DNA of 64,000 bases from Mizuhopecten yessoensis (lineage: Eukaryota). The DNA is taken from contig NW_018480078.1 in NCBI RefSeq assembly GCF_002113885.1, forward strand, positions 825,375 through 889,374, written 5' to 3'. A program made the position numbers and the translations under genes. The notes beneath the pieces are model-generated. The model made no database searches and was not told where the DNA came from. It saw only the letters and a list, made by a program, of their open reading frames with translations. Below, in pieces: positions 48,323 to 60,000 of this stretch (position 1 is its first letter; each line of letters begins with the position of its first letter).

Positions 48323-50682
48323 ATGGCTAAAAGTCTTCGCTGCAAGTTCCGAAAGAGGATGAGGAATGTGAAAAGAGAGAAATATGGAAAGAAAGAGCTT
48401 GAAAGGTTGAAGACAATGATTGAGACAAGTGGTGGACAGGATCAAGAAGTAAAGGAAATCTACAAAGGTAAGAACAATACTTATGTAACAGGAGCAGAAA
48501 AATGCACAGCCAGACCGGGGTTCGAAACCGGGACCCTCTGAACTCTAGATGGACAATTTAAACCAATTTAGCTACCTGGTTGGCGGCGATCGACCCAGTC
48601 CAGTTCCCCTACATTCTATTCCTCCCTCTTTTATCAAAATGTGTTGAAGACACACAAGACCCTATACATGTACCACCTTCTGTGGGTATATTTTGTTGGG
48701 TGCCAATTGTAAGAACAGCAGAAATGCACGACCAGCCCAGAGTTCAAACCCTGGACCCTCCAAACTCTGGACCGACGCTATAACCATTTTAACAAGCAAC
48801 CCAGTCCAACTCGGCTACATACATCCCTCCTAATTAACAAAGTCTTTAAATTTGCCCCTTATAAGACAAACAAGACCCTATACCACCTTCTGTGGGTGTA
48901 TTTTGTTTGGCATCAAATGCAACAGAAACAGAAAAATGCACGGCGAGACCAGGGTTTGAACCAAGGATCCTTCGCACTCCAGACAGATGCTCCAACCAAT
49001 TGACACAGTCCAGTTCCCCTGAATAAATTACCAATGAAACAGTGTTAAGACCATTCCCCATTCCTTCAATTGTTTACATATCTTGCTGTTACAATTGTTC
49101 AGGTTCATATTGGAAAGTATGCCCTAGCTCACTTAATCTGAATAGATATCTTTTGTGGATAGTGGCATACAAAGCTGATCATAGCACATTCATTTAGTAG
49201 TTTTCTTTTAAAAAGTTATGTGTGTGCTCATTTGATGATAAATTGGTCACATTGACAACTTGGCTATTAAAACAAAAAATATTTGGTGTTTCCGTTAGCC
49301 CTACCTACCTTCTACCTTAAGTTTTTGTGCCTTACCCTAAACTTTTTAAAGCAATTTTCAAAGAAGCAATGATAAAGTCAAGATCACTCTCCTATATAAA
49401 CCATATAAAATTATTTAAAATAAAATTTGTTACCTACCTCCCTACCCTAAATTTGTCCAACATGTTATAGGAAACACATGTATTTTTTTATCTGGCACAA
49501 TGTTATTGAAATGATCGAATATGATGCTTTAAGATAGTATTTATATATAGGCAATCTGACAAATTAACATTTCTAACTTTGTAATTTTAGTAAAAACAGC
49601 AGAAGAACTGAAGGAAGAAATGGAAAAGAAAGCAGGTATGTTAATATATAAAAACAATAACGAAACATGACATTATGTCAAGTTAATTAAATACCACTGT
49701 ACAATGTGCTACCAACATTTTACATTTAATTCATAAATTATCAATTTATGTAGACAGTCCTGCAGAAAACACACGTAGAAAATGTACTATCATGTTGATC
49801 CTTCCTAAAGATATATTTTATAATTGTTGTATTTTAAATGACTGAAGGAAAGCTTGAATGATATCAAATTTTAGATCATTGTGAAGACTGAAGGAAGTAT
49901 ACATTCATTTTAAATTTCAATGAACTGAAGGAAAGATCCACATGGTTTCATTTCTTCCAAGTATTCTGATCTGAACTGCAGCGATGCTCATTAATTCCTA
50001 GATCATAACCTACTTCAACCTCAAAAGTATTCTGACAAACACTAAAGGAAGGGTTGAAAAGATATCAAAGCTTCTGACAAACACTAACAGAGGGGTTGAA
50101 AATATATCAAATATTCTGACAAACACTAAAGGAAGGGTTGAAAAGATATCAAAGCATCTGACAAACACTAACAGAGGAGTTGGAAAGATATCAAAGATTC
50201 TGACAAACACTAAAGGAAGGGTTGAAAAGATATCAAAGATTCTGACAAACACTAACAGAGGGGATGGAAAGATATCAAAGATTCTGACAAACACTAAAGG
50301 AAGGGTTGAAAAGATATCAAAGCTTCTGAGCTTTCTTTAATTTGTGACCAGGACAGAACTTGTTCTGCTAGGTTGATTGATAGTGATACTGGCATACTTG
50401 TATATTATTAGTGTTATTACACTAATTTAACAAATATATGAATATATGGTACTGTATAAAGACAGAAATTGATTATGTTTAATATATCACATTGTAATTG
50501 TAGAGGACACTATGGAACACAGTGGGAAATCTTTCCACCCTGTGACATTAAAAGACGAAGATGGACATTACCCAGGTTGGATGAACCAAAGGGCAATAAA
50601 ACGACACAAGACATACCTGAAGAAATCGGGAAGAGTCAAAACCAAACCAAAGGCCAAAGGCAAGACAGGAAAGAAAAAATGA
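48323..50682 (+). CDS. LLPH: Protein LLP homolog (LAPS18-like), 122 aa
   Basis: Exons 48323-48467, 49591-49635, 50504-50682 join in frame. N-terminal MAKSLRCKFRKRMRNVKREK and C-terminal TLKDEDGHYPGWMNQR plus Lys-rich tail are LLPH signatures. AATAAA at 50919 and 50935. Confidence 0.93.
48484..49022 (-). mobile_element. Tandem-array TRIM: three tRNA-related terminal repeats separated by two ~95-bp internal segments
   Basis: Repeats 48484-48613, 48708-48819, 48918-~49022, with TG...CA ends on the first two; PBS-like TGGCACCCAAC (-, 48705-48695); polypurine tract AAAAGAGGGAGGAATAGAA (-) abutting the repeat. Confidence 0.7.
50029..50328. repeat. 42-bp minisatellite, ~7 copies, alternating A/B variants
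   Basis: ttctgacaaacactaaaggaagggttgaaaagatatcaaag alternates with ...actaacagaggggttg... Confidence 0.95.
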
Positions 50683-51838
50683 TTTGATGTAGGAACATTT
50701 ATTTGTTATCATAACTACTAACAAGGACAGATATTAAAGAAACAGTTTCTTCTGTTGCTTTTGATGAAAATGTTTTCTAGTTTTAAATGGAAGGATTCTG
50801 CAAAACTATAAAGATATACATGAAAATGATGAAATCTCAGTTATATCCATAAAGATTAATTATTGGTATGGGTACCTTCAAGTTATATAAGACTTTTATT
50901 GTCGGTTTAATACATTGTAATAAAAGTCTGTATTAATAAAATGGAAGAAGAGAGTTTCTTTGAGCATAGTAATAGTGGTTAATCCTTTATAGATGTAGAA
51001 TAAGACCTGGATATAAATTGATTCAAAATTGACCAATATTTTACTGTGGGTTGGCATTGTTTGTGTATGCATGCATCATGCCTACATGCCTGGAGAAGTA
51101 AAGTGTAGTATGACAGAGATTGTGATTGTGGGAGTGTATGATATGAGATAGATGTACATGTATATGTTGCACTGTATTTAAAAAAAAACACAGAATAAAA
51201 GTTAATTCTGGTTATTGTCTTTGATATTTTTTGTATTTGATAACAGTGATTCAAGATGCTAGTACATATGACTTGTACACATATTAGTTTCCCAAATTAG
51301 TAATGCATCAATTAGATGCATCCTTAAAAAACCCACTGTGGCTGGAGACAGTAAACTGTCTCAGTTAAAATATAAAGGGTGAATTTTATCTTTGCTTCAA
51401 CCCTTATTTTACACTATTCTTAGCATACATAACTAAAGTGTTGTTTATTGGAGTGGTGAATGCATATGTGATTTAGCCATGAAAACATGAATGCATAAAG
51501 TATATCCCACATTTAAATATTTTTGAACTAGCATTGATGAAGACAAGGAAATGTCAATTTGTTACATTTGCAAAGGACAAACATGTTGGTGAAGTTACAA
51601 AACCTCATGACCTCTACATCTGATACCAAGTAGATTATATATATATAATTCTGTGCTAAAAATGTAATAAAAAGATGATATTTAATGGTTTATATTTTAT
51701 GGAAGTTAAAACTAATACTTTTACTGAAAATGCAACATTTCAAATTCAAACGGTACATTTTTGTTGGTATGTAAAATAACAGAAAAATAAAAAGAATGCA
51801 AGTTGATTGCCTTATGGAATGCATCTTATCCTATTTAC

Positions 51839-52665
51839 AACAAGAGGCCCATGGGCCTTAACGGTCACCTGAGTCTATAGTATTTATTTGTGTTGTTGAA
51901 ATATGTACCAATTTGAGTAAAAAATAGTATAATGTTAACTTAACTTTGTCAGGACCATGAGCTGATCATTCCTAGACCAATTTTAAGTGAGATCGGCCTA
52001 TTAGAACTTAGTAGCAAAATAGCGGCCATGGCAGCCAAATTGTATTTCTGATTGACCCGAAAAATAAAAACACTTTGTCAGGACCATGATTCGATCATTC
52101 CTACAATGTTTCAGTTCAATCGGCCAAGTAGATCTTTACTTTTAGTTTGAAATAGTTTTCCAAAATGGCAGGCGTGGTGGCCATATTGGATTTCTGATCG
52201 ACCCGAAAAATAAAAACACTTTGTCAGGACCATGATTCGATCATTCCTACAAAGTTTCAGTTCAATCGGCCTAGCAGAACTTGACTTTAAGTTTGTAATA
52301 GGTTTTCAAAATGGCGGCCGTGGCGGGCATATTGGATTTCTGATCGACCCGAAAAATAAAAACACTTTGTCAGGACCATGATTCGATCATTCCTACAATG
52401 TTTCAGTTCAATAGGCCAAGTAGATCTTTACTTTCAGTTTGAAATAGTTTTCCAAAATGGCAGGCGTGGGGGCCATATTGGATTTCTGATCTACCCGAAA
52501 AATAACAACACTTCGTCAGGACCATGAGTCAATCATTCCTACAAAGTTTTAGTTCAATCGGCCTAGCAGAACTTGACTTTAAGTTTGAATTGTAAAATGT
52601 TAACGGACGACGGACGAAAACGGATAGCAATAGGTCACTTGAGCTAAAGCTCAGGTGACCTAAAA
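51839..52665. mobile_element. Intact HINE with 146-bp internal tandem repeats
   Basis: aacaagaggcccatgggcc start; gacccgaaaaataa-type anchors at 52054, 52200, 52346, 52492; GACG microsatellite; aggtcacttgagc...gctcaggtgacct hairpin end. Confidence 0.9.
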
Positions 52666-54035
52666 ATGTAATATAATAATGAGAGGAGTAGAGTACCTTG
52701 GCCTGATTTTGGTCATTTTGAACTGTACAGCAGTGACCTACTTTTTACAATGTGGGTTACATATACATATATTATATTATCCAGTAGAATGCATATAGCT
52801 GTAATCACTCTAAATATTTTGAAATTTGTTAAAGAACCAGATTTTCTATAATCATTCAAATAAATTACCATATTGTGCTCTTTTCAACTTCCCCCTCTCA
52901 TTTTTCTATGCAAGGACTTCATAATTACCTATTTAACTACTAGACTAAGCAAAAAAAACAAGCATATCTGTTATTGCCGACTTAAGCATTGAAGTGGGAA
53001 GTCTTCTTTATTTTATATCCAAATAAAACAATTTTAATATTGCTTCACTTATACAGTATATAGAAATAAAATTATTTTTTTGGTAAACTTGATTAAAGAA
53101 ACAAAAAATGACATACAACTTTTCCAATGTTAAAACAATTGTTGTTTTATTTCATTCATAGCACAATCATGTACTTTTATTCTGATCTGTTACACATACT
53201 TTCATTCAAATATTTCCTATCATAGCACATTTCACACTTTGTTCATGTATCATAAGTCACACTCTGCCATACTATATACATTATCTGTCATACTACTTCG
53301 AACATGAAGGGAAAGTCTCTCTTTGTCATGCCAGAGGTTATTGTGTGTGGAGATTTGGCTGGTTACATTCTTCAGTTTCCTTTGTGCATAATAGTTCAGA
53401 ATAATTGACTAATTTCCTCTGTGCATAATAGTTAAGAATAACTGACTATCTTCTTTTACAAAATTTCTATTTCTGCCTCATTGATACATGTAACATTTTA
53501 AAAGGAGATACTAAAAGGATCCCAAAGAGAACTAGCACACCTTATTATCCACTAATCAACATTTCTAACAGATTCACAAAATTAGTGAATGCAGTCAAGA
53601 TATTTCGGTCATTTTCTGTGATTTTCCATTACTCCATCAGATGCAGATAGTGTCACTTTGATTAAGATTTATGTGTTAAAGTTTTCTTCCATACTGTAAG
53701 TCTGATCTCTAACAATGACTTTCAGAAGGCTATCTTCTCTCTTAACCATCATGTGAGTTTCACTAGCACATGAGTACCATACTGCTTACTCTAGCTTTGT
53801 GTAAAAGCAGCACTGAACAGGAATCCTGTTTAATCATCATGTTTCTACATCTATTCATTTCTTGCATTATTCAATGCAGATCAAGAAATATTCACTTGAC
53901 GCTTAACTTGGATCAATATGATCTAAGGTTTTGTTGAATGAACACGTGAACAACTGATGGTGATTTCTGCAATGCTATCTGCCACACAGATTTTCCAAGT
54001 TTTATTTCCACCCTCGAATATAGAACCTGTGATCA

Positions 54036-57000
54036 TCACCACATGAAAGGGGCTCTTTCCCGTAACATGCGGACGTTGAACTGACGCCACTCGTGCTGTT
54101 TGATCCAGAGTTCCTGTGTGGTGTCCAGACAGGCTAGTACAGACGCTCCCTTCCAACAGGTGAGGGTTGGGTCCATGTCCTACAGCAGAGACAGATTTGT
54201 AGCAAAAGCCTGATACTTTAAGATGATGATTCAAATTCAATCATATGATTTATTTACTGTTTGTCATGTAAGAATGTCAATGATGTCCACATGCCGGGTA
54301 TATTTAAGGAATAATGATATAAAGTTATATTCAGAGACAACCTTTAAAAGTACATACAGTGGTGTATTATTACAGGTAGCCTATCCATACAGCTTCAATT
54401 AACACAAAAAAAGTTCAATAGGGATTTTATAAAGGTGGTCTAGATTTTTAATACAGGTAATCTCTTATTAGAGACAGTCTTTTGAGCAGGTCTGACTAAT
54501 GACCTTTTGTTGTGCTAATATGTCAATATTTATGGTACATTATTATGATCACTTGTGTGACTATAAAAGGACAATGATGGGTCTATATATAGCTTGGAGA
54601 TGATTACATTTTTATGGTACATTTTGTATAATATAATTCTTGTGAGGACATTCAAAGTATTATATATAGCTGAAATAAGATGGATTAACTCTGGTGTGTG
54701 GCTGAAATCCCTTAAAATGTAAACCTGATTTTAAATATACTTGTCATGCAAGGACATTTTCGTTCTTTATATATAGGTAGATTAAGATTGAGTTTGGTGG
54801 TATGATATATTTACCTTCTGTCGTGTGAGTACGTCCATGGTTTCTAGCATAAGTCTGTACTGGGGAGGCATGCCTACCCAGACCCGGTACTGCAGCCACT
54901 GCTGGGCCTCCTCAAACATCATCCCACCTCCCACCACAATGATACAGCTATACATCTTCTTCTTCACCTCGTCACTCCCTGTGTAATGAAAAAGTAGAGA
55001 AACTGAGCAAGATCACAAAATTATAACACCCCCCATGCACATCCATGTATGTTGTACTTTCACTGTGTCAGGTTACAGAAATATCCAACCAACTGTTTAG
55101 GAGAAGTTGTGCCTACAAGCACGACATGGTGATTTCTACTTACCTACCACGCCCAACTCAAAGTTTGGGGGTGTAGTAAACATACAGACAAAACTTAGTT
55201 CCAAAGGGACTTAAACATTAAACCATTAATTCATGAAAATCTTTGTTAATGCAAAGACATATATATTACAAATCTCTGTTATTATAAATCTCTGTAATAT
55301 ATATGTCTCTGGTTAATGTTATGAATTGATTAGTACTGTTTCGCAGACATTAGTTTTCCATATATTGGCCCCTATTGTTAACTTGATATACCACAGTACA
55401 TTCCTATAGTCTTGTTTATGTTAACAGAAGGTAACTTTCTATTTATACTGATGATGATAATAATTCTTTGTATAATGGACAGAAAATGAAATTTTTTGAT
55501 ATTTATGCAAAATAACGGAAAGTTTGGTTTTTGGTGAATATTGATTCTTATTACAATCTTATTAAAACACAGATGTCTAAATGACCTTTTGACATTCTGA
55601 TGAGGCTTAGGATCATGAAAACTTTCAACTGAAGTGATAATTTGAGGTAAATGTACAATTTTTGAGTCCCATATCAAAATGTTATGATATTAATATGTAC
55701 TTACAGTAGAGTAATACATATTATTACTGTGGAGGGTTCACCCAATTTACTCTAGTTTCCAATAGAATACAGACTGCATTGATATTATTGACATTAAATT
55801 TGAGTCTTTTACTATTTCATGACCCTATATCGATACGCTTTTCATAAATTCACAAAGGAAGGGAAACAACTCTCGTCAAACCTACATAGATAACTTTGAG
55901 CACCAGACAGTGATTGCATTTGGTCACAGGTCATTGCCCATAACTCATAAAACAAATAATTAATTCCAAACTTGTCCTCACCACATCTGTCTATACTCTG
56001 AAGAATGGCCTGGTCGACCCCCATCAGTTGTAACACTGGCTCAGATTCCATTTCCTGCTCCTCCTCGATGTCCAGTCGCCGTGTCCCCTTGTTGCCGTCT
56101 CCACCTGTCACTTGGAGATTGTCGGGAGCATCGTTGGAGTCCTCGTCCATCTGTTGCTGGACCTGTGTGTCGTCCAGCTGTCCTAGGTTGGCCTCAGAGT
56201 TGTCTCGGCTCATCTCTGTGTTGTCTTTTTTCTTTGCTAATTTTGCCTGATTTTTAAACATTTTATATAATTTAATAATGACAATAATTGTCAAAGAATA
56301 AAAATAGACAGCATTTATACCATATAACGAAACCTTAACATTATAATGAATGAAGAAACTTTGTAAATTATAAATATAAAGTACAAACATATCTTGCTGC
56401 GAAATTGTCATAATGAAAAAGATACACATGTGTATAATATTTTTCTGGATTTGGTGACGTTTTGACATGTAAAATAAAATATAGCTTTTTTTTCATAAAG
56501 TTAATATATTCCGGAAAAGAAAAGAAAACCTCAATAAGGTATATGACAGTCTTGAAGACAAAATTATTGTTAATTATCTAGAAACATATAATCTTCAAAA
56601 TGATGGAAACAAACTATTTTAAGAAAATATTGTTAATACAGCTGCTTCTATTTAAAACTTTGAAATTATTCGGAACATTTTCTAAACGGAATCAATAAAT
56701 ATAAGTTACCTCCCTGGAAGTGGTCTGGCGGAGAAAGAACTCGTCATGAGGGTCCGCCGGGTCACCATCGGAGCGACTCTGGACATGTATGAGATCAGAC
56801 CCTTGTAGACCGAGCATGTCTGGGAAAAACAAACTCATGGGAGCCAGAATTGTCTCATCACCAAACTTCATAGCATATTTAATAATGTTTTGTTCTGGTT
56901 TCCGTATAAGTATTGATCTGTCCTTCACTCCAAAGTTGTCCTGTAAAAAAAAAATTGATACAAGGGAAAGTGACTAATCTCTATCCCCAAAATCTTTAAG

Positions 57001-60000
57001 ATTTCAAAAGACTTTCTACATAGCCTCAGTACATACTGAAATGTTTCTAGTTGTAAAGCAATTTGTTGAATTGTTTTAGAAGATGAGGATTTACTTTGGA
57101 ATTTCAAACTTTAAACCCACCGCAGTTCACTATTATCGAAGGGAGATAACACTTCAACAAGTACTTACCAGTAAAATAGTCAACAGTATAGGTTTCCAGT
57201 ATCAATATTATGTTGTTTTTAAGTTTATATAAATATAAAATCATATCCTTCTCATCCAAAATCAATAAACTGTTAGGAGTAATTAAAACAAGGGGCCTGC
57301 ATTGCTCACCTGTTAATTAAGGGTGTCGGCAAATTGTATTTAATGCAGAAATGCTTCGGAAGAAACACTTTTGCAAAAAAGTTATAAATTCTTTCTATGA
57401 AACCTACTTGGTCTAGGTGGCAGTATGATTCTTTATATTCCTGCAGCAGTAGTCCATCTATTGTATTTCTGGGGTCAAGTTCACGTGGGCTGAACCCAGA
57501 CTTCCCAAGTAACCAATGGAAACACCTGGTGATGTCACTTCCTCCATATTCCATTGTTATTCTGTCAAAAGAACATTTTCAAATGATATTGTGATTCTCT
57601 TTAAATGGCATCAAAATGTAAACAACAGATTTAAGAATGTTTCTAAACGTTTTTATCAGGTTGGTTAGTATGAAAAGAAGGTTGAAGAATGTCTTCTCAA
57701 AAAGCAAACCATAGGTTCTTGTGTATGTACAGGTAAACACACTTATTATCATAAAACTTGTGAAGTTGGATGTTTAAGTACATGTATAATACACTTTAAA
57801 CTGGATAAAACAGTTATCTTTCTTTGATGCTGTGAAGATCCATAATGCTTCCCTAGGTTTTCAAGTCATTTTGTCTATATTTATTACAACCGTAATATTT
57901 TATATTATATTACAACCGTCTGCCTGAGTGTCATGTTTTATATCATCCTACATACATGTTGTAGACACTTTATTGTCACATCTACATTTGTGCTACAAAC
58001 AAATATAGATTTTTTAACAGAAAATGCTAAAACTGTACATATCTACATCTAAACAAGACTTACATTGTACTTAGGATCCCTTAACTGCACTGTGTTTTTT
58101 TTTCTATATAGAGTAATCTCCCTTTAACTTACATTTGGATACAACTGTAGCACGACTGAGCCAGTACGTTGACCAGATAGCTCAATATGAGGTCCAGGGC
58201 TCGAGTCAGGGTTTATATAGCCTGGCTGAATCTTTTACAATCAGACCACTGTTGTTATTTATACGTTTTTCATTTCATCTTTATTATTTCTCAGAGAAGT
58301 CCCGCAATGCAGGCTTTCCTTTTCAGAAATAGTCTATCAAAACTATAGCCATGCAGGAAAAAAGAGTTTCCAATGCTTAGTTACAGTTTTTGAAAATGGT
58401 ACGAGGATCCTTAAGTCCATTATTACCTGGTATTTTTGTGAGATATTCCATCCTCCACACAACACACGCTTGTTTTCTGGTCGCCAACATCTACCACACA
58501 GGCACTGCCCACCCCTGCACCAAAAGTGGCACACACAGATTCCTGTACAAACACAGCATAAAGGAAAGATGGATTTCTACTTACTTTATATATCCGACTA
58601 TAAGCCCATACCTGGTAATAAGCCCACTCATACATGTATCTATTACAGTACAGAAGAAATGCCAACAAATGTAAAATGTAAACTTCATTTATTTTACGCC
58701 AATTATAAAACAAGTTATTTCCACTTATATTAATCACTCTTGTTGGCCCGGGTGTTAGCACGCTAGGGGTCTTAGTGTGGGAGGAAACCAGAGTACCCAG
58801 AGAAAACCCACTTGGTCGGGCAGGTGACCCCATACCTTTTCCCATCTGATCGGGGAATCCAACCCTGGCCGCCTTGGTGAAAGGCTAGTGAGCTATTCAC
58901 TGCACCACCCGACCACCCAATGCCAACAAATGATAATACATTGTCCTGTAATAAGCCCATCTCCCTTACTTTTAGTCAGACATTATGTTCTAGCCTCCGC
59001 AGCTTATATTATTGCAGGATGAATACAGTAGTCTAAAAATTCCATCTGTATATCTTATACAAGAAAACAAACTCCAGAGTTTTTAGTAAAAAACTTCAGT
59101 AACACTAAATATATATTTCAAAATAAAGGTGTAAAAAATTATACTTTTTAATTGAAAACGATTCCTTGTTCCCTCATGCAGAATATTACAGGGTAAAAAT
59201 ATTTAAACACAAATTAGGAAAATGAATTTATTCTTGAAATGTTTTTATTCCTTTTTAGAGAAATAATAAAGAAACATGCTGTTATCAGTTTTCGAGTCAC
59301 TTTCAAATTGGTTTGAATATTTAAGCCTGTAGAATAAGTGTTCCAAACTATTGTACTAAGATTTACTTGAAGTATTACGGTAACAAACCTGATGTACGAC
59401 AGCTGCCCCGAAGCCCAGTTTCTCCAACAGAATGTCCATCATATGTTTTACATGATGGTGGATGTACACATCTGGTATCAGGAGGAGGGCTTTATATAGC
59501 TGTAAATCAACACATACTGATTATAGATCTTTTACCGTATTGTAAGAAACTTTCATTCTCATTTCAAACTATTTGGCAGAGACAAACTATGGCAGTAAGT
59601 TTGCAAAATATTTGTTGCTTCTCTAGGACACAGAAACTTTAACACAACAAATTTTATGTTTTACATAATTAAGATTTAAGTTTATAAGAAATATAATCGG
59701 TTCCTGCAGACAAACTAGATAACCAATACACCTGTTGGATGTCAGTCTATTGTCAATGCCAGTATACAGTTTATTATAATGATTTCAAAGTCATCCAAAC
59801 CTTAGCTCATTTTGTAATTATAGCCCGACATTGTCAAAAGAGTTTGAAGTTCATCTTACAGATAATTTCATATCAGGGAACATATAAATATGACTTTATT
59901 AGATAAACTATTATTATATTTATAACAAACATGTTTTCTTCCATAAACATATCATAAATGAAAACCTTGAGATCTTTGAGAGGAATATCCAGCAGAGTTT

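Noticed and set aside
50010-50294. 94-aa repetitive ORF
   Set aside because: By-product of a 42-bp (multiple of 3) minisatellite antisense within an LLPH intron.
55842-56468. 208-aa standalone ORF
   Set aside because: Only 56246-55982 is an ACTR8 exon; the rest is intronic read-through.
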